This document shows positions 6,812-19,982 of a stretch of 33,365 bases of DNA, one piece after another; the stretch's first letter is position 1; the number at the start of each line of letters is the position of its first letter. This DNA comes from Guillardia theta CCMP2712. Its lineage: Eukaryota; Protista; Cryptophyta. The position numbers and the translations under genes are program-made. The notes under the pieces were generated by a model that saw only the letters and a list, made by a program, of their open reading frames with translations, made no database searches and had not been told where the DNA came from. The stretch lies in contig NW_005434484.1 of the NCBI RefSeq assembly GCF_000315625.1, positions 1 through 33,365 of the forward strand, read 5' to 3'.

Positions 6812-9800
6812 ATGACAAACCTGCAGGCGCTGGCTACTGAAGCCTTCGCTTCGCTTTCCAGCTGGACATCAGCAGAGCAACCGTCCGATCCAAACTCTCA
6901 AACTAAATGTGAGATCACAAACCTGACAGCCGAGCGAGCAGTACAAGAAATCACATCTTTGAGAAACAAATTTCGACATCATGACTCAGCAATCTCCGTT
7001 GCCGTTGGCGTGTCACTCGTTCAGAATAGCGTGCAAGTAAATCATCTGGTGTGACTCTGAGCTGAGAGCTCGCATGGTGATGTGCTCTGACAGATATGCG
7101 GTTCCTGGGGCTGGCATAAGAAACCAGGGAGCGAGCCACCTCTAAGGAAGGGAGATGTGATCAAGGTAAGAGTGAATCTGCTTCGAGACACTTTCTGATG
7201 GGTAGTTGCGGCATTCAGCATGTAGATGGTTGTCAAGTCAACGAGTGGAACATCAAAAGAAAGTTGCATGATGGTAAAGCGGGGTCTCGTGTGCTCGTCG
7301 GGTTTGTCCGCGATGGACAAGAGCTCAAGACATTCCTGACAAGACAAGATCGGTGCTTGTGTTCTCTCAACATGCGACGTGTGACCCTCAATGTATAGAG
7401 CTATCGTGGACGCTCTTGTGCATGTTGGAAACAATCTGAGCTCGTTGAGGGAAGTGTGGATGGCAATGAAAACAAACAAAAGTCCGATGCTTTATTCTCA
7501 GTTATCCCGTCTGGAGCTTGCGATTGCACAACTTGGGACCTTAGTGGCACAAAAAGAAATATCGCTAATGAACAACAACATGCAGTTGCACCAACATATT
7601 GCAGCTTTAGAGCAAGCGATTATAAACTTCAGCCGTGGAGAATTTGATGCGACCTGCAGTCTAGAGTCTACTGGAGAAACATGCGGAGCTGAACAACCAG
7701 GAGAAGGGTGAGTAGATTTTTTCGTGTTCACTCTTATACCTCTTTTGTATGAGAAAGTGACTCAGGTTACAAAGCTGCTGCTACCGTGACGAGCCACCAC
7801 AAAGTTTCGAGAGCTTAGTGACCGAGTCTGAGAATGCTGGAATAATGTGTGGCTTTCTCGATGGAGCTGAAGACCCGTTTGTTGTTTTGAAACAAAAAGC
7901 AAAGAAGGCCGATGAGCTTCAAGCTCAAATCAAAGCAAACATGATTGAAGGACAGAGGAAACAACTAAGCTTGGAGTCATCAATTCAGGAGTTCAAGTCG
8001 CAGCTTCAGCTTCTGGAGCAGGAGAATCTTGAGTTAAAACATACGATAAAAGTGATAACAAGCAAGAAGGAAACGGAAGAATCGGGTATGAAAAAAGAGA
8101 TCATTACCTTGAAGAATCAAATTAAAGAGCTTACGGCAAGAAATGCAAATCTTGAGACCAAGTCATCAACGTCAGACCGCGAGATCGATAGACTGAAGAA
8201 TCGACTTGAGAATCTGACATTGGAAATCAACGAAAAGGGAAATGAATGCGAGCTATTGAGAGTGACACTCGATCAATACAAACGGGATCTTCACCATCTG
8301 CAAGATCAACTCAAAGAGAAAGCTGAAGCTCTGCTGGTGCTGAAATCTCAATGCGACCAGCAATTGCTTGCCTTGAAATCCGAATTGCACGTCTTGCAGA
8401 GGTATGAACTTGTCAATGTTGTTGGCACGAAGAATAACTGCAGAGAGCAGGGAGCTTGTCGGCACGAAAGCGCAACTTGAGTCAGCTGTGGATCGAGAAT
8501 CCTTGTGTCAACGACAGATGACGGAGCAGAAGTTGACTCTTGAAAGAGAAGCCGCAAGACTGAAGCTGGAGCTTGAAGCTCAAAATGACAGGCGATCTTC
8601 ACTAGAAGCAGACTTGAACAGAGCAAAGAGCGATTTCGACTTGGTTTACAAGGAATCACAAATGATAAAACTTGACCAAAACGAAAAGCAGTCGCAGTTC
8701 GAGGATTGCAAGAATGCCATGCTGATAGAAAAAGAAGTCATGCAAACGTTGCTCAAGAAAACGCAAAGCAGTCTGAGAGAGCTGGATGCACAGCGCAATG
8801 AACTGCAAAGATCGAACATGGAGCTCACGAGGAAAAGAGAGGCAACGGAAGAAGCCAACCGGACCCTAGAGAGGCTGTGCGAGGACATGAATAGAGACCT
8901 GCAGGAAGAGAAGAAGCGCTCGATAGAAAAGGAGCAGAACCACAACATCCAACTGCTGCAGTGGCAGAGAAAGGCCAGCAAGAGCGAACAAGATCTGAAG
9001 TTGAGCAGCAATCGTCAAGTTTCGCTCAAAGAGGAAGTCAATTACTATCAAGCGAGGGAGCAAGAATTGGTCAATCAGCTTGCAGCTCTAGAACTGAAGC
9101 ACAGAGAGGATACGGACAAACTTCTGAGAGAAAAAGAGACCCTTACAAAGAACTTGACAGACGTACAGGTTAAGACCGAATGGAATGAGTCCGAGCTCGA
9201 AAGAGTCAAGGAATCGAACAACAAGCTTGTTTCTGATCTCAACAAAGCTATAGGTGATCTTCAGCGACAAGCTGTCGATTCAGAGGCAAAGGTAGCGTCT
9301 TTGAACAATGTAAACCAACAGTTGCTTCAAGACAATTCGGCATTGGAATTAGCAGTGCAGAAAAGCAAGGAAGAGATCCATGAGATCCTTGAGTCGACAG
9401 CACGGAGAGAGACGGAGATGAAAAACAAGATTGCAGACCTTCAAGATGAGATTCGAAAGATTCGCAAGAAAGCCAATGAATTGATCCAAGACAAAGTCAA
9501 CCAGGTTGATTTGCAGGTGAAGCAGATAGGCGAACTGAAGACTTCGCTCGCTTTCGCGGCCAGCTACGAGAGAAAATGTCGCAAGCTAGAAGAGGAACTG
9601 GCCGCGCTCAAGATGACAGAGTCTGGACTGAAGAAGCAGAATTCGACGCTCTCCTCTGAGATTGCTTGTTTGATCAAAGAAAAGTCACGACTTCATTCAA
9701 AGTCGGCAGCACTACTAAGGCAGTTGAAAGATTTTCTTGCAGAGTTTCCATGGATCGAAAGATTGTCAAAGGAGGTCAGGGCAGGACTTGACGCGTGGGC

Positions 9801-11228
9801 GAGAGCAGACAGGGCTCTCGCAGATGAACTCTCCTCACTCAGACACCAACTGGCTGTCTCGACATCACAATGCAAGGAGCTGGATGCTGAGATTCTCAAG
9901 GAAGGAAAAGAATGCGAAGAAATGACGACAGAAACCAAACTGTGGAAGGAAAAGAGCCAAAGGCTCAAGGGTGAGATGGAGGAGTTGACGCTGGTGGTTG
10001 AGACTATGAATGAGCAGATCAGATCGAAGGAGATTCAGCTTGATCGAAGCGAGAGGGAGAAAGAAACTCTCAAGGAGGAGTATGTCAATGAAGTGCATCG
10101 ACATGCCGAGACCAAGATGTTTCTTGAGAAGGCCCTCGATGACGTCGAGATGTTGGAAGAGGCCGTGCGAGATTCTGAGATGCAGAAGCAGAGGACAGAG
10201 CTGCTGTTCGCCAAGTCTGAACAATCGTACAAGCAGCTCAACTCTATGCTGGAGTCTGAGCTCAAAGTCCTTAGCTCACGAGCTGAGAACGTTTTCGACA
10301 TGAACAATCAGTATGGAGAGGATTTTGCCCTCCTTGTCAAGCGGTTTCGTGACCTAGAGCAGACCAACGAGAGTCTGAGGAGGGAGAAGAGCAAGATACA
10401 GGAAAGCCACTCGTCCCTCCTCCACACCTTCCATCACTCCATGTCTCTCTCCGCTAGGGAGACCGGCGACATGCTCCAGCAGATCGACAGAGACTTGGAC
10501 GAGAGCGCTGCGTGTATGCTGGAGAAGCTGCTGGAGGCTGAGAATCAGCTCCAAGCTATGCGAACAGCCCATCAAGATGAGCTTGAGGCACTCAATACGT
10601 CGTGGAAAGAGAAGCTTGACAAGGCGAATGTTGAGATTGAAAGCATGAAAGATGCCATCCAGAAAAATCACGTTGATACTGCTAGTGCTGCATGTGTAGC
10701 TTCAGCTCAAGCATCTGCTCCTGTGGCTCCTGGGAGATCAGATGTTTCTGAATCAAAGGTGTGAATCAGAGACGTTGCTTGGCTGCTTACGACAGTGTAG
10801 GACGATACTTGCCTGGCCGGAACGATGGTGGAAGAGCCGATGAGCGAGGGTATGCATGAACAGAATGAAAGGAGCGAGGAGAAGATCGAAGTGAGGAATG
10901 AAGAGATCAATGAAGGTCATCGGAGCATCCAGGTAGACTTCTTGAGAAGGTTTTGAACGCGTGAGAGCCGCGTCAGGCATCTGAGGAGGGGGGACAGCTG
11001 CCTGCTGTCTGCCAGCATTCGCTGCAACAACACGAGGAGCAAGTTGAGGCCACAGGGCTCAGGGAGAGAGGATCTCCTCCTCCTCCTCAGCCCCACGAAG
11101 TCAAGAAAGGTGGGTGGATCTCTCGACAAGCTAGAATGATGCTATCACAGAGCTCCAGCAGCTTCTGGATCTTGGCGCCTGGTTCAAAGGGGAGAGTTGA
11201 AGGAGAGGACAAGGGGCAGTTACGATAG
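6812..11228 (+). CDS. Large coiled-coil protein with an N-terminal PDZ-like domain (multi-exon; ends approximate)
   Basis: Spliced exons give ...PLRKGDVIK|HVDGCQV...GSRVLVGFVRDGQ (PDZ pattern). Long E/K/L/Q-rich heptad exons follow at ~7770-8402 and ~8443-10759, joined by short GT-AG introns. Confidence 0.7.
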
Positions 11229-11238
11229 AGGATGCTTG

Positions 11239-12821
11239 CTAACAAGCCGCCTTCCTATGAGCAAACAGCAAGTAGTTGACGCTGAGATCAGGAACAGGAT
11301 GCCATCGATTGATGAGAGGGTTGTAAGCTGCCCCAAGTCTGACATGGTGTGAGAAGATTCAGAGGAACCAAACTGACTGACATTCGTTTCACGGCAAACC
11401 CAGAGCAGGATAGCTGCTCCGTGAGGACTTCAGGCTTGACAAACTTGTTCCAATCATGCCTGAAATGGTGAAGTCATCAACAGAAGGATCCTTCGTCATG
11501 ATCTTCTGCATCTGCATCTTCGTTGCATCATCATCATGGTCGTCGTCGTCATCGTCATCATCATCATCATCATCATCGTCATCATCACATCATCGTCATC
11601 GTCATCACATCATCGTCATCATTACAACGATGCATTCTCAGTCTCAGGACTCACGTGCCATCCGGAACAAGTTTCAGCAGTCGCTCTGCCGCTACGATGC
11701 CTGCCCGATTGTCACACATTCCTCCAGCACTGAAAGAGTCGAAGAGACCGAGACCGTAGGACAAGGTCGTCTTGTTCATTGTGGTGATGTACAGGGCTCC
11801 CCGCGGAGCCACGAGCTGCATCAATTGATTCACCTGTCAGGTTTGTCATCATACATGGTATGCCGATGGAAAAGTACCATCAGGTGTAAGTCCGACACGT
11901 GCTCCAGCACCTGATCTCAGTCATGCGACTCCTGTACAGAAAGCAGAGTAGAAATTACCTCACTGCAGACAACAACGTCAAAAGTTTTCTTCTCTTGTAT
12001 CAGATCGTCTGCCGTCACGTGCCGATACTTCAAGCTTCCTCCTCCAACCCCACTCAGCTTGGCATGTTCTTCTGCTACCGCTATCTGTTCTCAACATCAG
12101 AAAAGGAGAGTTATGCATGTCAGAACGATAGATCAGCATGTTTCTCACATTTTGTTTGGCGGCGTCGATGCCAAGAACATGAGCGCCAGAACGAGCAAGC
12201 TCCTCTGCTAAGATGCCTCCTCCGCACCTTCGCAGGTAATAAGAGCCAAACATTGCATGAAAGCATCATACCCAACATCCACGATCGAAAGTTCATGCAA
12301 AACCTCTCTCTCAGATTGCTGCTCGGCTTGGGCACGCGGCATGGTTTGTTTCAACATGGATTTTCTGTGATGAAGGAGTAAGCTATTGTAGGGGTTCACA
12401 AAGCAATACAAGAAGGGAACACGCATGCCGTTGAAGGAATGAAGCGCCTTCTGAGGTCCATGCACATCCCACCATGCGTGTCCGATCGCGCCGAATTTAT
12501 TGACCTCGTCTGCATCAACGGTCGAGTGCTTCCTTCTATCGAATGTCGCAGTTCCTCCTCCCCCCCCGGCCAACCATGGCTTGCATCTGAAAAACAGACA
12601 ACATTGAGCACACCAGGGCCATCCCTGAAGCCCTCCCTCCTCCCTCCTCCCTCCTCCCTCCTCCCTCCTCCCTCCTCCCTCCTCCCTCCTCCCTCCTCCC
12701 TCCTCCCTCCTTCCCATCGCTACCTTGCGCCTCCTCCGAGCATCCTTGCGCCTTCTCCAAGCACCCCACTGCATCGCCGTGCCCACATGTGTAGTTGCGT
12801 GCGAAAGTTCGTAGCCCTCAT
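11239..12821 (-). CDS. COQ3: Ubiquinone biosynthesis O-methyltransferase (COQ3/UbiG), multi-exon, probably mitochondrial
   Basis: STVDADEVNKF...WWDVHGP..ALHSFNGMR, DVG|CGGGILAEELARSGAHVLGIDA, LEHV, AERLLKLVPDGT|HDWNKFVKPE and YNPL...VNY; Arg-rich N-terminus. Confidence 0.92.
11526..11625. repeat. (TCA/TCG)n microsatellite within a COQ3 intron
   Basis: Directly visible; gives rise to spurious poly-S/H/I ORFs. Confidence 0.85.
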
Positions 12822-13035
12822 CCCCCGTTTCCTCCAAATGAGTTGTAGGGCAGAAACAAAAATTAGGAACTTAATTGATCATGAAGGAAGGCAGCTCATG
12901 TCTGGTGCGGGCCTGAGTGAGTGCTGTGCGGGGATGAGGGTTGAAAACGGGGGGAAAGTTGAGACTGAACAAGAGGAGGCCGCGATGGTTCGGAGAGCAG
13001 GAGGAGAAGGGAGGACGGCAAGGCCAAGGGCCTCA

Positions 13036-16000
13036 ATGATGCCGCTCCCTCGCGCTTCTTCCATGCTTCTATCAGTCGTGTTGGCAATGCCAATCTCAGT
13101 TTCTTGCTTTGGATTCGGTTCAGGTGAATTTCATGCTCACAACAGACTCCCGATTGAATCCCTGTTGACAACAGCTCGAGCTCCGGGACCTCAAACTGTC
13201 ATGGCGAGGAGCAGCAGAACTGCCGTCACCCCCTTGGGGTTGAGCATGCAGCTCTCCAGCGTCAAGTCAGTTCAATATCCTTTGTGCCTCGAGCAATGAC
13301 ATGCGCTGACTCCTGAGTAGTCGCAACAAAGGTGGCAAGAAGAAGGGAGGAAAGGGCGCAGCGAAGAGCAACGCTGCTGACAAGCCTGCAAGGCAAACAA
13401 GCCAGGTGATGATGTAGTTTCATGCAAGAAGACGCCAACATGCTGCAAGGTCCTTGACACCGACAAGCGGGAGTATATCTACCAGATGTACAAGCTTGGA
13501 AAGAGACTGCCAAGTGGCAAGCAGGTGAGGATGATCTGCTTTGAGAGCCTCCCTCGACAATATTTCAGGTCCTTCAAGACATCAACCTTGCTTTCTATCC
13601 TGGAGCGAAGATCGGTCGATTGTCTGCATAGACCTTTCCGTTCCTGATGGCTGTACAGGAGTGCTGGGGAACAACGGAGCAGGAAAGTCGACATTGATGA
13701 GAATTATGTCTGGACAGGTGAGGCAGAAGCTGTAAAGGTTCCTGACCTGATTCGTTCTTGTTGTCTCAGGATGAAAACTACGAGGGAGACGCTGCGCCAG
13801 CGAGGTTTGAGAGCCTTGACCTATGAGCCGTGTGACCACGTGCTTGTCTGGTGACAGATGGGCTAAGATCGGCTACCTGGAGCAAGAACCGAAGCTGAGC
13901 GAAGACAAGGTGCTGCAACAAGGCCCATAAGCTGACACCTGACACGAGGGGCCGCAGACTGTGATCGAGAACATCGAAGAGTCGGTCAAGGAGATCCGAG
14001 GTTAGCTTAGCTGTGCTGGTGCCGCCCTGGTGACTGGTGTACAGAGCTCGTCGCGCGCTACGGAAAGATATCCAAGGAGCTGACGGATGAGGGAATCTCT
14101 GACGACGCCAAGGAGAAGCTGATGAACGAGATGGTATGGCTGGCCCGCCCCTCGATCCTCTTGACTTTCATCCAAGGAAAGAGTTCAAAACGGAATCGAA
14201 GCCTCCAACGGATGGGAGCTCGACCGCATGCTCGAGCGTGCCATGGACGCACTGAGATGTCCTGACCCAAACAGCAGCGGTGAGTGAGCTTGTGAACGGT
14301 AAAGTTTCAGAACTGAGACCGTTTCCAGTGAGCGTCCTCTCTGGAGGCGAGAGGAGGCGAGTTGCTCTTTGCAAGCTGCTTCTACAGAGGCCAGGTGATG
14401 GAGTTGATGGCTAGAAGGAACAGCCGCTAACGCACGGTGTCAGACCTTCTCCTCCTCGACGAGCCCACCAACCACCTTGACGCAGAGGCAAAACCTCACG
14501 TCCTTGAAGCTTGTGGCAGCTGATACCGCCTGCAGTCTGTCGCTTGGCTGGAACAGTTTCTTGGATCCTACCAGGTGAGGACGGACAAGAGTTTTTGAAA
14601 GAGACTGACCATGTGACATGAAAGGGAACATGTGTGGCCATCACTCACGACCGCTACTTCTTGGACAATGTTGCTCAGTGGATTCTCGAGCTCGACCAGG
14701 GCAAGGTGATTGCAGGATGACAGCAGGATTGAAGGCTGAAGGGATGAAACAGGGCATCCCTTACGAAGGAAACTATCAGACATTCTTGGACAAGAAGGTG
14801 ACAATTCGAATCAATTCCTCCCGCAGATCTTAGTGCTTGTTTCTCACTTGAACAGACTGAGAGGATGCGTCAAGAGAAGAAACAGGCTTCCGCTCTTCAA
14901 AAGGAGCTTGAGAAGGAGCTCGAATGGTTGGTTCTTTCTTCCTGCTCTTCTCTGTCCTTCACTTACCTCTGTTGCCAACTTTCTGCTGACGCCTCCTCCT
15001 TTGCTCACCAGGATCCGCTCGTCCCCGAAGGCCCGCCAAGCCAAGAGCAAGTCTCGCATCCAGGTGAACACAAGAAGCAGCGAGAGGGATTGAAGGAAGG
15101 AGGGGGAGCGAAGAGAGATGGATGAGAAGAGAGGTAGGGAACAGCAAACACCTCTTGACTGGACTGCAGGCGTACGATGAACTCTTGGAGCGATCGCAGG
15201 AGATGGAAAAAAGAACAGGAGCTGCGCAACTATGTGATCTTTTCAAATCTTCTCTTCTTTTGTGATGTCAGTCCTCAGATGTTCCTGCTGGACCCAAGCT
15301 CGGAACTCAGGTGGTCGAGATCGAAGGAGTCACAAAGGCCTTTGGCGACAGGTGGACAAGTTGTAGTTTGACAAGTTGGTTGGCAAGATGACACAAGTGT
15401 GCAGGCTGCTGTACGAGGACCTGACTCTTTCTCTGCCGCGAGGAGGAATCGTCGGAGTGATCGGACCCAACGGATGCGGCAAGGTGCTTTCAGTCCAGGC
15501 TCCAGCCCCTCTCCTCAGCGTTTATACAGTCTACTCTCTTCCGCATGATCGCTGGAGAACAGCAGCCGGACAAGTGAGCATGTGACGTGTGGCTCGCATC
15601 GAGTGATGCTTTGAGCAGGGGAACCATCAAAGTTGGCGAGACCGTCAAACTCATGTAGCAGGGAAGGAGGAGGAGGAGAAAACTTGTGATGGTGGAGGGA
15701 TCAGGTACGTCACGCAAGATAGGCTGGGGCTTGACGGCGACAAGTCTGTCTTCGAGAGCATCAACGGTAACAGACATGCTCTCGGTGCTGGCCTGACTGA
15801 GCATGCAGACGGTTATGAACTGATGAATCTGGGACAGCGCGAGATCAACGTGCGGCAGTACCTGGGCTGGTTCAACTTCAAGGTCTCCTTCTTTCCTCCT
15901 TCAATCTCGTCTCATCCCCTCCTAGGGCGCCGACCAGCAGAAGAAAGTCGCAAACCTGTCAGGAGGCGAGAGGAACAGGCAAGGCTGAGCTTGACAAGCT

Positions 16001-16782
16001 TGCTCCTCTTGCCTCCCCTCTTTCATTCCCTCATCCTCTTACCTGGCGGCAGGTTGCAATTGGCAATGACCCTCAAGGAGAACGGGAATCTTCTGCTTCT
16101 GGTACCAAATTTTGACCTTGAGATTTGACCTTGTACGTGCTGCTCACTTGCTCCTAGGATGAGCCTACCAACGACCTTGACGTCGACACGCTGGTGAGAA
16201 GGAGGAGAGCAGAGGGGAGAAGGAGGAGGGAGGAGCAGAGTAGAGGGGAGGAGGAGGATCAAGAGGAGGAGGTGGAGGCTCAGGTGACTTTTTTCGGCAG
16301 AGAGCCCTCGAAGACGCTCTCATCGACTTCCCAGGATGTGCTGTGGTCATCAGCCACGACAGGTACGTGGGGTCGGAGCTAAGTGAATTAGCAGAGAGCA
16401 AAAGAGGGGATCTGAGGGAGGATCAAGGGTGCAGGGGATGAGAAGGGAGGAGGAGGAGGAGGAGGTAGATTGGAGCCTGAGATTGTTTGACAGATACTTC
16501 CTTGATCGCGTGGCGACTCATATCCTCGCGTTTGAGGGTGAGGAATGCAAGGTGAGCCAGGGGTTGACAACTCCAGCTGGCTGACTGCGATGGCCTCCTG
16601 CAGCCCTTCTTCTGGGAGGGGAACTTTCAGTCCTATGAAGAGAACAGGATCAACCGGTGAGTCTCCTCCTCCTCCTCCTCCTCCTCCTCCTCCTCCTCCT
16701 CCTCCACGGCGTCTGACGTCAGAGCAGCATGGGCAACACAGAGCCAACGCGCATCAAGTACAGGCCCTTGCCCGCCATGTGA
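13036..16782 (+). CDS. ettA: ABC-F translation factor, EttA/ChvD family, with a bipartite (signal + transit) presequence; many introns
   Basis: [109 protein letters not shown] and C-terminal PTRIKYRPL. Confidence 0.93.
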
Positions 16783-17407
16783 TCCCGACGACCGTAGGCT
16801 GCTGAATGACTCACGGTTGAAGGCTTTTAAGCCTCAGTAGTAAGTCACGAGTAAAGTCCGAGTCCCCCGGTCACCCGGTCACTGTGAAAAGTACCACTGT
16901 AACTACAGGACCACTGTAACCGTGCGCCTGGCCGGGCCCACCGGCGGCCATGGGGGGGGGGTGGGGGGGGGCCGCCGGGCTGCGCGACCGGCAAGTCGCC
17001 CGGATGCACTGCCGCACGGTGACCGGCCCGGGCCGCCGGGCACTGAAAGGCTGTGTCGGAGAACTAATGATATTATTAATTTGTTTTTGTTAGTTTTGCA
17101 GGATTTTGGAGCAAGATGCCACTAAGGGCTCAAGAGGCAGAGCCTTGCTAGAAATGATGGAGGGAAGAGGAGAGAGAAGTAGCGAGAAGTAGAGGGTAGC
17201 GAGTGCAAGACTCTTGAAACATGGTTGATATGAGAGAAGAAACAAGAAGAATAACAGAAGAAGTTGTTATGTTGTTGAGTGAACTTCGCCTCGATGATGA
17301 GACTCAACCATGATGTTTGCTCCAATGACGCGAGAAAATGAGGGAGAAACGATAATTTTGCGGTGGGATGAACAATCTAAGCTGAAGAGGTCGCACATTC
17401 ATTCAGC

Positions 17408-19866
17408 ATGGAAGATTGTATGAAGAGAAATGGCTCGGGTGCAAGATGATCAAGCCATTTAGTAGCGGCATTGTTGATAGAGGGAGAAATCTGTGACGGA
17501 ATTGACAGTGAAGGAAATGCATTGAAAATTTATTGAGTTGTCGTTGACCAGTTCATGTGATGTTGGATGATCCAGGTGTGAACTGAAGGGCCGAGAGACT
17601 TCCAGTTCTGCGAGGAGAGCGTGGGGCAGCTCCATCCCAAGAGCATGACCGGCTTTGACAACATGCTCAGCACACAGGATGTTTTGAGGGAGATCATGAG
17701 CAGTGGGTATGATGTGAAGCTTGAAAATTGGAATACAGGCAGCCACGAGGCACGAGAAACAAAGGCTCCGGGCACTCCGGCGCGAGAAGACGCCGAACTT
17801 TTGACACAGGCGGTGAAGAGCGTTACGGCAGCTTACATGCCATCTCAGGATGTTTCTGACCTGTACCATCAACACTACCATACTCCGAATCAAGCGCCAA
17901 GATTTCTCGAACAGATCAGTATCAGTGAAGGAGCAGTTGATTCTGAAGCTCACAGTTTGCTGTCTCCTCAAGGAACTTCCGAAGAAAACTCCAAGGTTGA
18001 GCAGGGAGCTTTGGATTCGAGCACAGCGTTCTTTCCAACAGCACCTCAGCCCTGCCTGCTGGATGCTGAGAAGCAACTTGTCGCGGATGTGGCAGCTTTA
18101 AGGCACGAGGACCCTCGAGCTCGCGTGGTCAGTGGACCTTCAGCGTTGAGCCTGCAACCGAGGAGAGACGAAGCGATTTACTTGTTTGCCTGGGGTTGCT
18201 CGCACAATTATCAACTGGGAACGGGACAGTACCAAGCTCAGCCATTTCCAAAGCTGGTTTCGACTCTAACAAGGTAGTCGCCGTGATCCTGCTTGCATGA
18301 AACCTGAGACCAATGCAGACTAGGCAACGGAATCATTGACGTGTCGTACGGTGCTGACCACGGCGCAGCGATTGACAGTACAGGAAAATTGTTTACATGG
18401 GGGTAAAATGCTATCATTTTTGCTGGTGGTGGATTGATTGTACTTATCATTCCCTTGCAGATTGTGTGATCATGGCAGATTAGGCTTGAAATCGGGAAAA
18501 GACGTTCCGTATCCAACTCGAGTTGATTTCTTGAAGGATGAAGTCATTGTGGATGTAACCTGTGGGATGTACTCAAGCGCGTGTATCAGTCACGACATGA
18601 AAGTATTCACTTGGGGTTCGGGATCCAAAGGACAGCTGGGTCATGTAGAGAAGAGCGATGAGTGGCTACCGAGATCAGTCGCAGCTCTACATCACATTCC
18701 CATAGTACAGGTAAGGAATGATGGCAGGGTCATGCTGTCTGAAAGTGTGGCCTTGACAGGTCGCACTTGGATACGAGCACATGGCGGCGTTATCCCTGGA
18801 CGGTGACGTGTACACGTGGGGTGAAGGGGAACACGGGCAGTTAGGACACGGAGACTTGAATTCATGCTCTACACCGAAAAAGCTGCTCCTTGAGCTGGAA
18901 AATACTACCGGGGAGGTTGCTGACGTGGGGAGCCCTGTGCTGCTAGCATGCGGCGCGAGTGTGACGCTAATCCTCACTGACTACGGGAGACTGATCAGCT
19001 TCGGAATGTCTGAGTTTGGGGCCCTCGGGTTGGGGGAGAAGAGGCTGGCTGCACGCCCACACTTGATCACTTCGCGCATCATGGACAAGAGAAGGTGAGC
19101 AGTGAAGGTGGAGGGCAGTGCTGTCTATGTGACCTGCCTTTCTAGGTTCGTTCACTTGTCCGCCGGCGACGAGCATTGCGCGGCCGTGACGAGTAAAGGA
19201 AACGTGTACACGTGGGGTCAAGGTTGCTTCGGCGCTGTCGGGAAACCAGCTCGACGAGCCTACTCGAACCCCCCGGACTGCAGGAAACCTTATAAGCTCG
19301 AGCTGCCTCTCGACAAACGGTTTAGCTGCTTTAGCCCTGAAGTTGATGGCTGAAACATTCTGCAGAGCGTGCGCGACAAGTTGTGGAGGGAACTATACTG
19401 TCATTCTGAGCAAAGATGGCTGTGTCTTGGTGCTTGGAGATGACTCGACTGAGATTCGACCGATGCTGTACGACGAGAGTAACCCCGCCAGCGTGATGAA
19501 AGCTTCGTCTGTGTTGTGCGGTCGTTATCACTCGGTAAGAAAGCGGTCGGTAGTTGTTTGTGCTGACTGATGGTACAGGGCGCGATTTTGAACACGTTGC
19601 AGTATGAGGAAGCTCGTCGAGCTGGAGCGCATGTGGGCTGGTAAACCTTCTTGTGCCAGTCGCGTGGTGTGAGTTGCTGTACAGGCTCTCGGTTTGGCAG
19701 CGGAGGATGTCAGACTTTCTGTCATTGCCATCGAGATGGCTCAGAGACTTGGGGTAAGCCATGAACTCACTGCTTGACCTCGAGAGAGCTCACTGGTTGA
19801 CATGTGCAGGTCTGCCTTGCGGACTTCCAACGGTTCTTACGGGCTGATTTCGAACTGTCAGGCTGA
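17408..19866 (+). CDS. RCC1-repeat protein (multi-exon; both ends approximate)
   Basis: Repeated RCC1 motifs: LFAWGCSHNYQLGTG, LFTWG..DHGRLG, VFTWGSGSKGQLGH, VYTWGEGEHGQLGHG, LSAGDEHCAAVTSKGNVYTWG. Confidence 0.85.
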
Positions 19867-19982
19867 ACGAGGCGCATGATGCAGGTGACAGAAAGACAGT
19901 GTAAGAAAGACTAGGAACATGTAAATAAACTCGATTGACTTGAAGATGATAATCAGACATGTGGAGGGTGCGGGTATTAGGT

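Noticed and set aside
12630-12715. Pro-rich and Gly/Arg-rich ORFs from CCTCCCT repeats; similar tracts at 16663-16705, 31260-31460 and 32750-33100
   Set aside because: Simple-sequence expansions inside introns.
13036-16782. Bacterial contamination or recent HGT of ettA
   Set aside because: The gene is split by many spliceosomal introns and has a eukaryotic targeting presequence.
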